Under the pieces are notes generated by a model. The model did not search any database, was not told the origin of the DNA, and was given only the letters and a program-made list of their open reading frames with translations. A program made the position numbers and the translations under genes. Of a stretch of DNA of 64,000 bases, positions 17,845-27,448 are shown piece after piece. Positions within the stretch are counted from its first letter, which is position 1. Every line of letters starts with the position of its first letter. The stretch comes from Sedimentisphaerales bacterium (GTDB taxonomy: Bacteria > Planctomycetota > Phycisphaerae > Sedimentisphaerales > SM23-30). The stretch lies in NCBI GenBank assembly GCA_963666285.1, contig OY762711.1. One strand, 5' to 3'.

Positions 17845-17863
17845 CTTTCATTTAGTATATTAT

Positions 17864-17899
17864 GATTAGTCTCTGCGATCAGGTAGAGACTAATCTTTT
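17864..17899 (+). terminator. intrinsic terminator after rhaT
   Basis: gattagtctct...agagactaatc then tttt. Confidence 0.75.
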
Positions 17900-18051
17900 C
17901 TGTAACTGTTCACATAGCTACAGTTATAAGTAACAAGATATAAGCGTTGTTAATGAATTTATAATACTGTAATCATTAACTCTTTTCTTTATTTTCTAAT
18001 CGAATTGCGTCATTTTAATCAAAGTCGGATAATATTCAGGGTGGATATAAT

Positions 18052-19593
18052 ATGTCAGATCAGAACGAAAAAACATCACATGGAAATGAATACGAGCGAG
18101 AGCCGGTCCCGGAAAAGGCACTGTTGGGCTTTAAGAGTTTTGTTGGCATGTATGCAGGCGAGCATTGTGCCGGAACAGAGCTGATGATCGGTCCGCTGTT
18201 TGTGGCGGCGGGAGTAAGTGCGTTTGATATTGTCGCGGGACTGCTGATAGGCAACCTGCTGGCGGTACTAAGCTGGATGCTGTTTTGTGCACCAATCGCC
18301 ACCCGCACCCGGCTGACATTATACTACCAGGCAGAGAAGATCTGCGGCCGCCACCTGGTAACGATCTACAACCTGGCAAATGGTGTGATGTTTACTATAC
18401 TTGCCGGTGCGATGATCATGGTGGCAACAACAGCATTTGGCCAATGGTTTAAGCTTCCGATGCCTGGCCTGAACGATATGTACCCCAATAGTGCAGTCTG
18501 GATAATAGCGGTTTTGTTAGTTGGCTCTGTAATTTCACTGGTAGCCAGCTGCGGTTATAAGATGGTATCGAATATCGCCAATATGGCGGCCCCATGGCTG
18601 GTTTTAATGTTCATTGTGTGTGGAATAATTGCGCTGGGCGAATTTATCAAGGTATCGGGCCGTGAGGTTAATTCGGCGACCGATCTGTGGGAGCTGGCAG
18701 ATAAGGTAATCTGGCGAGGCGGAAAGCCATTTCCCGGTCAGGTTAAATTTTCTTTCTGGCATGTAATGTTCTTTGCGTGGTTCTGCAACATGGCATGGCA
18801 TATAGGTATGAGTGATTTAACGATATTTCGCTTTGCGAGGAGGTCATGGTACGGTGCCGCATCGGCGACTGGAATGTACCTGGGCCATTTCATCGCATGG
18901 CTGGCAGCCGGTATGCTGTATTCGCTGCAGATGTACAAGATCGACCTGCAGCCTGCTGAGCTTGATGCGCTGAGGGAAGCAGGAATCCTGGCAAAACTGC
19001 AAAGTCAGGAGATGATCCTGACAGCAGATACAATCCGGGAATTAATAGCAACCGGCGTATTGAAGAGCCCCCCTGCCGTATTGCCGGGCCCGATGACATA
19101 TTCAGCTGTTGGAGTAGCAGGCCTGATATGTGTAATCATGGCAAGCTGGACAACCGCGAACCCGACAATATACCGGGCCGGACTGGCATTCCAGGCAATC
19201 ATGCCAAGATTTTCACGATTTAAGGTCACCTTTGTAATAGGTCTGATAGCAACACTGACAGGTATGTTTCCGGCAGTTGCGATGCAGCTGCTCGACTTTG
19301 TCGCATTATGGGGATTGATCTTAATGCCTATGGGAGCGATAATCTTTGTAGATTTCTGGCTGTTCAAAAAGCTGGGACTTAAGAGTAACTATGCCGAGCT
19401 GAGTAAGAAACATTTCAACATAGCGGCCGGACTGGCATGGCTAATATCGGTATCAATCTGTTTCTGGCTGGCCTATACCGGCAAAGTACAGATATATTTC
19501 GTTTCGCTGCCCGGCTGGTTCTTAACAACCATACTATACATATCGATAAGCATGTTCTACCAGAAAAGGAAACTCGAAAATGAAAACAATTAG
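18052..19593 (+). CDS. NCS1 / purine-cytosine permease-like transporter
   Basis: about 12 TM segments; EYEREPVP, GEHCAGTE, WTTANPTIYRAGLA. Confidence 0.75.
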   Translation: MSDQNEKTSHGNEYEREPVPEKALLGFKSFVGMYAGEHCAGTELMIGPLFVAAGVSAFDIVAGLLIGNLLAVLSWMLFCAPIATRTRLTLYYQAEKICGRHLVTIYNLANGVMFTILAGAMIMVATTAFGQWFKLPMPGLNDMYPNSAVWIIAVLLVGSVISLVASCGYKMVSNIANMAAPWLVLMFIVCGIIALGEFIKVSGREVNSATDLWELADKVIWRGGKPFPGQVKFSFWHVMFFAWFCNMAWHIGMSDLTIFRFARRSWYGAASATGMYLGHFIAWLAAGMLYSLQMYKIDLQPAELDALREAGILAKLQSQEMILTADTIRELIATGVLKSPPAVLPGPMTYSAVGVAGLICVIMASWTTANPTIYRAGLAFQAIMPRFSRFKVTFVIGLIATLTGMFPAVAMQLLDFVALWGLILMPMGAIIFVDFWLFKKLGLKSNYAELSKKHFNIAAGLAWLISVSICFWLAYTGKVQIYFVSLPGWFLTTILYISISMFYQKRKLENENN

Positions 19594-19771
19594 TCTAATA
19601 GCAACAATCATCGGCTATAGCTCTCTCGCGGGATTGACACTTTCGTCTTTGCTATTTCTGTCAGGCAGGTTAGAGCTGGATCAGACCAAGCAGCACATAC
19701 TAATAGCTACTTTCGTATGGTTTATAACTGCGGGGTTCAATATGTACCAGTCCGCGAAACGCGACAAATGA
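19580..19771 (+). CDS. small 2-TM membrane protein coupled to the permease
   Basis: overlaps the permease stop; two hydrophobic helices. Confidence 0.65.
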   Translation: MKTISLIATIIGYSSLAGLTLSSLLFLSGRLELDQTKQHILIATFVWFITAGFNMYQSAKRDK

Positions 19772-20476
19772 AGAGCCCCGAAAACTAAAATACTGTCAAA
19801 AGAAAAATGCAAACATAGGGATATTAAGCCGCATTTAAGGTACAGACATATACCAGTAATATGCGTAGTGAACAAACAACTGCACAGGCCAGTATAGAGA
19901 TACAGGTCAAAGCAAGTTGTTAGTAGTAGTTTTCACCTTGAAAACTAGTGCCAATGGCACGAATTTAACCTGTTATGCAGGCGACAATTGTTTCATCAAG
20001 GTGTTTTCCGCTTGCTAGTGCAGTTTCTCAAACCATATAAAGCGGAAATTCAATTCTTGGCTGGCGTACAAACACGTGATAGCTTGTGAGGATAATTAAC
20101 TCTTTCCATGCTATCATTTATTGGCAGGAATAGCGAAGAAAAAAAGGAAAAAGAAGACTCCCAGCCATGAGACCTCATAACTATCTTCCTTTCCTTTATT
20201 TTGATGTCAAACAAGAGCGATTCACTTTTCCTGTCTCCTCACATATAAATACGCAAAAGTTTTTTTATATTGGAAAAAAAATTATAATTTTTTGATATTA
20301 TTTGATATTATTTATGCTCATGAATGAAATTCTGCAACCATAACGAACCAATCAAATATCTCACAGTTTTGCAGACAAATTCGTTAGTTATTATTTTTCA
20401 ATAAGTTACGAGATAGATTTATATAAGCAGCTGGCAATATACAGGTTAAACTGCGACCAACCAAGAGAAGAATTAA

Positions 20477-21223
20477 GTGCCTGACAAAAAGCGAAAAAAG
20501 AAGAAGATACTTAATACAACCCGCTGGTCCCTGATCTCTATGATGAACAAGCTGGATTCGAGTGAATCTCGACAACTAAGAGAAGAATTATTCAGAGATT
20601 ACTGGCGTCCAATCCATATTTTTTTTAAAAATAAAGGGCTGGATAGCGATACAGCCCAGGACATGACACAGGATTTTTTCTATAAATCCATAATTGACAA
20701 CGACTTATTCGGAAAAGCCAGTAAGGATAAAGGCAAATTTCGTTCTTTGCTAGTCCGTGCATTAAATAATTTTTATGTAAGCCAGAAGCGTTACAACAGC
20801 TCAACACTCAGAAAACCAGAAAATATCATCTTTAATAGTTCAAATCTGGACAAAGTGGAAGCAAAAGACAACGAAAAAGATGTCAAGCACTTTAACCATG
20901 CCTGGATCCAAACAATCCTGGAAAATGTATCTGAAAGGTTAAAAAAACATTATTTAAATTCAGGTAAAGGATATTGCTGGGAAGCTTTTAACCTAAGAGT
21001 AGTCGAACCTATTATAAGTCAAAAAGAAGCACCTGGCATATGTGAAATATGCCAAAAAATCGGTATTTCAGATGAAAATAAAGTTTCAAATTATATTTAC
21101 CAAGTGAAACAAAAATATCAAAAAGAATTAAGAAATCATATAAGAGAATACGTAAATACCGAAAAAGAAGTAAGTGAAGAGTTAACAGATTTTTCAATTT
21201 TTCTTCAGAACTTAACTAACTGA
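20477..21223 (+). CDS. ECF-type sigma-70 factor (planctomycete kinase-associated type)
   Basis: TTRWSLI...YWRPI...AQDMTQDFF...KGKFRSLL motifs; next to a kinase gene. Confidence 0.8.
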   Translation: MPDKKRKKKKILNTTRWSLISMMNKLDSSESRQLREELFRDYWRPIHIFFKNKGLDSDTAQDMTQDFFYKSIIDNDLFGKASKDKGKFRSLLVRALNNFYVSQKRYNSSTLRKPENIIFNSSNLDKVEAKDNEKDVKHFNHAWIQTILENVSERLKKHYLNSGKGYCWEAFNLRVVEPIISQKEAPGICEICQKIGISDENKVSNYIYQVKQKYQKELRNHIREYVNTEKEVSEELTDFSIFLQNLTN

Positions 21224-21499
21224 CTGCCAGTCATATATTTTTATTACTATCATTATCGGTTATGGTTGCCGGGTATTTATTGCTATTGAATAAAATAGAA
21301 AGTTAAAATTTCTTATCGAACTCATAGGGGGTTTGCCTGATATGATTTTTTATTAATACCAGGTTCCATCATTTAAACTATTTTTTATTGCAGAGGTAAA
21401 AAATAGATAGTTGCAATTAGTATTATATTTGGCTATTATTGATATATATTGAGCTGGTCAATATGGTTCTTTTTCAAAAAACACAACTATAGTCTGTAT

Positions 21500-23224
21500 A
21501 TGGGAACAGAAGAGCATAAACAATTAAAAGCTAAACAGCTGCTTGAACTGTTAAATATCGGAGCGGAGCAAGTAGAATCTTTTAACGATCCTCTAAAAGA
21601 GATATTACCAAGTATCAGGGATTATGAGATCGTAGAAAAACTGGGTGAAGCCGGTCAGGGTCAGGTCTGGCGAGCGATACACTTGAGCACCCGTCGAGAG
21701 GTCGCATTAAAGATTCCCAAGTTCCACGGTTTCAGTCCGCGTCAGGCATTGCAGCGTTTTGAGCGTGAGGTAAAAGTAATATCCCGGCTTGACCATCCTA
21801 ACATAGTGAAGATATATGACAGCGGCATCCATAAGGGTGTATATTTCTACACAATGGATTTCATTAGCGGCAAGCACCTGGATGAATATTGCAGTGAGAG
21901 CCAGCTTGATCGAAAAGAAATAATCAAGCTAATGATAAAAGTGTGTGATGTTGTTGAGTTTGCCCATAAAAACGAAGTCATTCACCGAGATCTCAAGCCG
22001 TCAAATATTCTGATAACAGAAGACGGTGAGCCACATATTCTAGATTTTGGCCTAGCGAAACTGACAACAGGAAATGAATATGATCTGACAATCACACTTG
22101 ATAATGCTTCCATGGGCACCCCGGCATATATGTCACCAGAACAGGCCCGAGGCAATTTTGACCAGGTAAATTTACATAGTGACATTTACAGCTTAGGCAT
22201 TATCCTGTTCAACCTGATAACTGGTGAACTGCCATTTGAAGTTTCCGGTACAAAAGAAGACCTAATCAAACGAGTATCGGAAAATAGAATAAAGCCTATC
22301 AGGAAATTCAGCCAGATAGATTCCGAACTGGAGAAAATCTTTTCACATATATTCCAACTTACGCCAGAAGAGCGGTACAAAAATGCCGGTGAACTTAAAA
22401 CCGACCTGGAAAATTATCTATCAAACAAACCATTGATAGCCGGCTCAGCTACCCAATGGTATAAACTCTGCAAATATCTAACTAAACATAAAAAAGCCTC
22501 GATTATCACCATAGTACCAACGTTGCTAATTTGCGTATATATCTGCCTGTCAATATACACTGACAAATACAGTCTATCCGAGAGCTTTAGTTATAAGCAA
22601 GGTACAACGCTGGCAAATATTGCAGGCTGGGAAATGCTGCGATCAACAAACCCGCCATTGGACAATACAGTCATCAATAACCGGTTAAAGGAAAACAGCT
22701 ATACAGGCCGCAAAATAATAATACCTGAGATTATCCTGCACACGAATAACAAATTAGAATTTCAGCCAGACAAAGATTTTTCAGCAAAAATAGACTTTGC
22801 TTTTGACGGCAACTGGGATGAGATAATAGGAATAGTATTCAGCTGCACAGATAAAAACAACTTTTTCTCTTTCGAAGTAGAATCAAATAAAATGACACCG
22901 GACAGACTACTGCTGGTGCAGGTAAAAAATGATTTGGATGGTGAACTTGGCTACACAGAAATAGAACTGGACAAGAACAACGACTTCCAGTTACAAGTAA
23001 AATACAACAGTAAAGAATCTACTGTTTCTGCTGCGATCTTCGATTATACAGAGAATAATATTGCAGCAGAACTTAATGACCTAAAAGTGGAACTGTCGGC
23101 AGGCAAATTTGGGATAATGACCCTTGATGCCAACCACACCTTCCTGGATAATCTGAAACTCAATATCTATCCTGACCCGGTAAATCTTCATAAATTTCTG
23201 TCCGGTTTAACTTTGAAAAACTAA
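21500..23224 (+). CDS. Hanks-type Ser/Thr kinase with a TM segment and a beta-rich C-terminal domain
   Basis: VALK, HRDLKPSN, DFG, GTPAYMSPEQ; start moved to ATG 21500. Confidence 0.93.
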   Translation: MGTEEHKQLKAKQLLELLNIGAEQVESFNDPLKEILPSIRDYEIVEKLGEAGQGQVWRAIHLSTRREVALKIPKFHGFSPRQALQRFEREVKVISRLDHPNIVKIYDSGIHKGVYFYTMDFISGKHLDEYCSESQLDRKEIIKLMIKVCDVVEFAHKNEVIHRDLKPSNILITEDGEPHILDFGLAKLTTGNEYDLTITLDNASMGTPAYMSPEQARGNFDQVNLHSDIYSLGIILFNLITGELPFEVSGTKEDLIKRVSENRIKPIRKFSQIDSELEKIFSHIFQLTPEERYKNAGELKTDLENYLSNKPLIAGSATQWYKLCKYLTKHKKASIITIVPTLLICVYICLSIYTDKYSLSESFSYKQGTTLANIAGWEMLRSTNPPLDNTVINNRLKENSYTGRKIIIPEIILHTNNKLEFQPDKDFSAKIDFAFDGNWDEIIGIVFSCTDKNNFFSFEVESNKMTPDRLLLVQVKNDLDGELGYTEIELDKNNDFQLQVKYNSKESTVSAAIFDYTENNIAAELNDLKVELSAGKFGIMTLDANHTFLDNLKLNIYPDPVNLHKFLSGLTLKN

Positions 23225-23302
23225 TTTACTAAAGGTCAAATTTCAAGGTATCAGTTTTCAGGTATTGGGTAAGGTCAACCAGGTTGATTTTGCAATAAGA
23301 CA

Positions 23303-23917
23303 CTATTTGCCTAAAGTCATCATCTTCTGCTTTTCCCAGCTTTTGCCGGATAGTAATTCAGTAAATCTGCATTTGACAGTTAGATTATTCTTTGCCGGTC
23401 GATACTGGTCAACCGGTAGAGTAAATCTATACTCGGAAGCCAAAATGCCATCCCAGTTTTCCTCGAATTCATCCGTAGAAAAAGACCAGCTTTTGACAAG
23501 GTTTTTATCTTCCGGTGCGTCTAAATCCCAAAGTTCAATTTCACAGGAGCCGGCAATTTTTACTTTATCACCACTCTTGTCCATAATATGTAAATACAGT
23601 ACCAGAGAATCTACCTTCAGATCATTATCAGCATCCTCTACCCTGGTGTACCTCCCCAGGTTAATTTTGCAGGCCCTGGTAACATATTCGATATAATCAT
23701 CTGGCAGTTTCTGTAAATTAGCAATCTGCTGATCTTTCTGCTTCAAAAGCAGCTGTGCCTGCTGAAGCTCATTATTAAGCTGTTCGATTTGCCGCTCACT
23801 GTCAGATAAAGATGTATCTGCCGGCTCATTGCACCCGATAAAAGTCAGACTAATACTACAAATGAATATATAGAGTATTAGATTCAAGTTCGTATTTTTT
23901 TTTGTTAATTGCCACAT
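23303..23917 (-). CDS. hypothetical lipoprotein with a coiled coil
   Basis: hydrophobic signal and FIGC lipobox. Confidence 0.7.
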   Translation of the reverse strand: MWQLTKKNTNLNLILYIFICSISLTFIGCNEPADTSLSDSERQIEQLNNELQQAQLLLKQKDQQIANLQKLPDDYIEYVTRACKINLGRYTRVEDADNDLKVDSLVLYLHIMDKSGDKVKIAGSCEIELWDLDAPEDKNLVKSWSFSTDEFEENWDGILASEYRFTLPVDQYRPAKNNLTVKCRFTELLSGKSWEKQKMMTLGK

Positions 23918-23996
23918 AATATACCTGCCTATACAAAATCATATAATGCAATCCAGTTATATTTCCAATATAACAAAGATATAACCGCTTTGCATT

Positions 23997-24029
23997 AAAA
24001 AAACCGCCCTGAAATATTCAACGCGGTTT
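23997..24029 (-). terminator. terminator after clpP
   Basis: aaaccgc...gcggttt with an A-tract on the + strand. Confidence 0.65.
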
Positions 24030-24058
24030 AATTTTGTTTATTAGAAGTAAACTGACAT

Positions 24059-24667
24059 TTACTCATCCTGCGATTCAGGCATCTTTTCAAGAACTTTGTC
24101 CGCACAACCGTATTCAACAGCTTCAGCGGCATTAAGCCATTTGTTTCTATCACAGTCTTTCAAGACCTGTTCACGATTTTTACCGGTATGGTCAGAAATA
24201 ATATCATATAGCCTGTCACGAACTCTAAGCATTTCTTCAGCTTCGATCTTCAGATCAGTGGCAGGACCAGTAATCTGACCTCGGACTAATGGCTGATGCA
24301 GCATAACAGTAGAGTTTGGCAAGGCAAAACGCTTCCCTTTACTTCCGCTGAGGAATAACACCGCCCCCATACTGGCAGCCATGCCAATACAGTAAGTTGC
24401 AACATTGCAGCGAAGAAAACGCATAGTATCATAAATTGCAAGCCCGGCAGAGACAGAGCCGCCTGGTGAGTTAATATAAAAATGAATATCAGCTTTTGAG
24501 TCTTCATTACTAAGGAAAAGCAGCTGGGCAATAATCAGGTTTGCACTATCGTCGGTAACCGGTCCGCCAAGAAAAATTACCCTGTCCTTAAGCAGACGAG
24601 AATAAATATCGTACGCTCTTTCGCCACGCCCGGTTGTTTCTACTACCATTGGAATTAAATTAGACAT
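24059..24667 (-). CDS. clpP: ATP-dependent Clp protease proteolytic subunit (Asn at the triad Asp position)
   Basis: [28 protein letters not shown]. Confidence 0.96.
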   Translation of the reverse strand: MSNLIPMVVETTGRGERAYDIYSRLLKDRVIFLGGPVTDDSANLIIAQLLFLSNEDSKADIHFYINSPGGSVSAGLAIYDTMRFLRCNVATYCIGMAASMGAVLFLSGSKGKRFALPNSTVMLHQPLVRGQITGPATDLKIEAEEMLRVRDRLYDIISDHTGKNREQVLKDCDRNKWLNAAEAVEYGCADKVLEKMPESQDE

Positions 24668-24729
24668 TTTTGTCTCCTGGATATCATATAACAGTACCTA
24701 GTTTGTAACTGTATGTTGTTTACTTACTA

Positions 24730-25386
24730 CTATTTCTTCTTATCATTTTCCTGCGGTTCTTCAGTGAGTACCTCATCGACAACACCATATGCCTTTGCTT
24801 CTTCAGCACTCATATAATGATCACGTTCGATTTCCTCTTCGATTTTTTCCGCAGTCTGTCCAGTATGTTTGACCAGGACATCGTTCAGCATTTGCTTGGT
24901 TTTGATGATTTCCTGAGCCTGAATTTCCATATCACTGGCCTGTCCGCCGATGCCGCCCCATGGCTGATGAAGCATAATCTTTGAATGAGGCAGAGCAAAA
25001 CGCTTACCCGGCGTGCCGGCGGCGAGAATGATAGCACCACCGCTGGCAGCATGGCCAATACAATAAGTGCAAACGTCAGATTTAATAAACTGCATTGTAT
25101 CATAAATACCCATAGTATCATCAACACTACCGCCGGGACAGTTGATATATAGATGGATATCACTGCCGCGTTTGAGATTGTCAAGATAAAGCAGAGATTT
25201 TATGATCGCAGTTGCAACAGTACCAAGACTGGTAACATACGAAGGGTCCAGCGGCAGATCGAGGAAAATACAACGATTTTCCAGCAGCATTTCATTAAGC
25301 CCCATCTCCCGGGTTCGCTGGTACTGCATCCCGGCTTGAGGTCTGATAATATCACGATATGAATTATGTGGTTTAATAATGTCCAT
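24730..25386 (-). CDS. clpP: ATP-dependent Clp protease proteolytic subunit, second paralogue
   Basis: INCPGG, AASGG, HQPWGG, ERD. Confidence 0.95.
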   Translation of the reverse strand: MDIIKPHNSYRDIIRPQAGMQYQRTREMGLNEMLLENRCIFLDLPLDPSYVTSLGTVATAIIKSLLYLDNLKRGSDIHLYINCPGGSVDDTMGIYDTMQFIKSDVCTYCIGHAASGGAIILAAGTPGKRFALPHSKIMLHQPWGGIGGQASDMEIQAQEIIKTKQMLNDVLVKHTGQTAEKIEEEIERDHYMSAEEAKAYGVVDEVLTEEPQENDKKK

Positions 25387-25430
25387 TATCCGGCCTTTAC
25401 AAAAGGTATTTCAAAAAAATCAATAATAAT

Positions 25431-25466
25431 AAAAAATGGTATCACCAGTCAGGCCGGCGATACCAT
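25431..25466 (-). terminator. terminator-like hairpin after tig
   Basis: atggtatc...gataccat with an A-tract on the + strand. Confidence 0.6.
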
Positions 25467-25547
25467 ATTACATTCATTAACAGCAAGGCTAGCCCGCTGG
25501 TTACTTATCGGCTAAATCTGCTATGATTATTACCTTAAATTGTCATA

Positions 25548-26942
25548 TTACTCAGCAGATTCAGGTTTTTTTCTGGTAGTTTTCTTTTTAGTCTTTTTAG
25601 GAGCTTTTTCTTTCTTTGCAGGCTCTTTATCTACGACTTCAGCCATTTCCAGTACCTTAGCAATAGCCTTATCTTCAGCAATTGCATCACGGATACCTTC
25701 CAGACGGCCCTGAGAAGCCAATTCTTCCTTCATCTTTTCCGGACGACGACCATAGCGATATGCCATATTGGCAATAAACGAATTAACTTCAGCCGAAGAA
25801 GCTTCCACTTTTAGCTCATCACAGATTTTTTCCAGAATAAATGACATTTTCATCTGTTTCTGAGCCTGCTCGGATGATGTCGCCCTGATTTCTTCGATAG
25901 TTTTTTCTATTTCAGCGTATGGTACACCCTGTTGAAGCATTTCCTGAATGCGACGAGATACCAACCTGTCAGCATACTTAGCAGCAGCATTTTCCGGTAC
26001 TTCCATTTCAATGTTAGTATCGAGATAATCATAGATCTGCTGAGACATCAATTGACGAGAGTCCTGATCAGCCCTGGCTTCCAATTCTTCTTCGATCTGG
26101 CGGCGAAGCTCATTTTCGTCAGCACATCCGATACTTTTCAGGAATTCTTCAGTCAATTCCGCAGGTTTCAGACGTTTGACATACTGAACAGTAATTTCCA
26201 TATCAACTTTTTTATTCTGCCAGTCAGCTTCCTTATGATCCTCAGAGATAGTCATAGAGTGCTTTTTGACATCGCCCTTCTTGACACCCTTGATAACATC
26301 AGCCATGTTCTCAACGCGAATACCTTTAACCGTACACGGGCTGACCCAGAGAGGCCATTCGGTAAGCTCTACAGGGTTTTCGATGCCTTCGATATTCAGG
26401 ACAATATCACTCATTACATGATCATCTTCCTGAGCCTCGTCAACTTCCTGCATTGAACCGGCACGCTTGCAAAGCATTTCAACAGCTTCGTTGATCTTAT
26501 CTTCAGTAATTTCAACAGCTTCCTTTTCAACCTTGATACCTTCAAGCTTCGGCAGTTCGAATTCAGGCTTTACTTCAACTTCATAAACAAAAGTAAAGTC
26601 GCCTTCTTCCGGCATAACAATATCATCCGGATTAAGATCAGGTTCGCCAAGGATTTCGAAATCTTCGTCCTCTTCTACCTGCTGGAAAGCCTGGGCCAGA
26701 AGTCTGAACTTAGCCTGATCCTTGATATCTCCACCAAAACGTTTTTCTATGAGGCGTTTAGGCGCTCTGCCTTTACGGAAACCAGGCAGCTGGGCACTGG
26801 TACGCAGGTCGCTATATTGAGATTCAAGTTCTTCTTCAATCTGCTCGCGAGGAATGACAACAGTGATCTTTTTCTTCCAAACACCGGTATCTTCTATTTT
26901 GACATCAGATTTGAACTCAGGTTTTTTGTTTTCTTCAGACAT
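25548..26942 (-). CDS. tig: trigger factor
   Basis: LPGFRKGRAP ribosome-binding motif; upstream of clpP. Confidence 0.95.
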   Translation of the reverse strand: MSEENKKPEFKSDVKIEDTGVWKKKITVVIPREQIEEELESQYSDLRTSAQLPGFRKGRAPKRLIEKRFGGDIKDQAKFRLLAQAFQQVEEDEDFEILGEPDLNPDDIVMPEEGDFTFVYEVEVKPEFELPKLEGIKVEKEAVEITEDKINEAVEMLCKRAGSMQEVDEAQEDDHVMSDIVLNIEGIENPVELTEWPLWVSPCTVKGIRVENMADVIKGVKKGDVKKHSMTISEDHKEADWQNKKVDMEITVQYVKRLKPAELTEEFLKSIGCADENELRRQIEEELEARADQDSRQLMSQQIYDYLDTNIEMEVPENAAAKYADRLVSRRIQEMLQQGVPYAEIEKTIEEIRATSSEQAQKQMKMSFILEKICDELKVEASSAEVNSFIANMAYRYGRRPEKMKEELASQGRLEGIRDAIAEDKAIAKVLEMAEVVDKEPAKKEKAPKKTKKKTTRKKPESAE

Positions 26943-27180
26943 TTAATTGACTCCTGCAAAAAATGAGTTAATTGTTGACAACAGGCAAGAATGAATCTAA
27001 CGAGCAAAAAAAAGCCGCTCATATGAACTCTCTACCCGCGACGGCTTCAGGGGCGGAGAAGGTCATATAAACGGCCTTCAATCGCGACGTCGACCAGCGC
27101 CAGATATATCAACAGGATATACCCGATTTCTCGTTGTCGCATACTATATGCATCCGGCTTAGTAAAAAGCCATAAAAAAA

Positions 27181-27252
27181 AGCGGGTGATGAGATTCGAA
27201 CCCACGACATTCACGTTGGCAACGTGACGCTCTACCACTGAGCTACACCCGC
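27181..27252 (-). tRNA. tRNA-Gly(GCC), CCA not encoded
   Basis: GCGGGTGTAGCTCAGTGGTAGAGCGTCACGTTGCCAACGTGAATGTCGTGGGTTCGAATCTCATCACCCGCT folds into a cloverleaf. Confidence 0.97.
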
Positions 27253-27448
27253 ATATAGTATCAATTTCTTTTTGACAAAGAAATTGTTCTCGTATTAACT
27301 TTTGAGACGCAAAATATAACAAATATCCGTAAGGTATGCAAACCCTAATTTGCAAAAATGCAAAAAAATAAGGAAAGAAGAGAAAATAATTGGTGTTAAG
27401 TATTGGAAAAGAAAGACTTACGCTCTGACAAGTAAGGTAAATAAATTC

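Noticed and set aside
20113..20178. 21-codon minus-strand ORF with a purine-rich RBS and poly-T tract (possible leader peptide or phase-variable remnant)
   Set aside because: Shifted frames also close quickly and there is no downstream gene on that strand.
25505..25535. Second GCCGATAA sigma28-like box upstream of clpP
   Set aside because: No convincing -35 element, and it lies upstream of a terminator-like hairpin.
27181..27252. tRNA as the integration site of an island
   Set aside because: No integrase and no duplicated tRNA 3' end seen.
27047..27355. 102-aa ORF
   Set aside because: It overlaps tRNA-Gly and is spurious.
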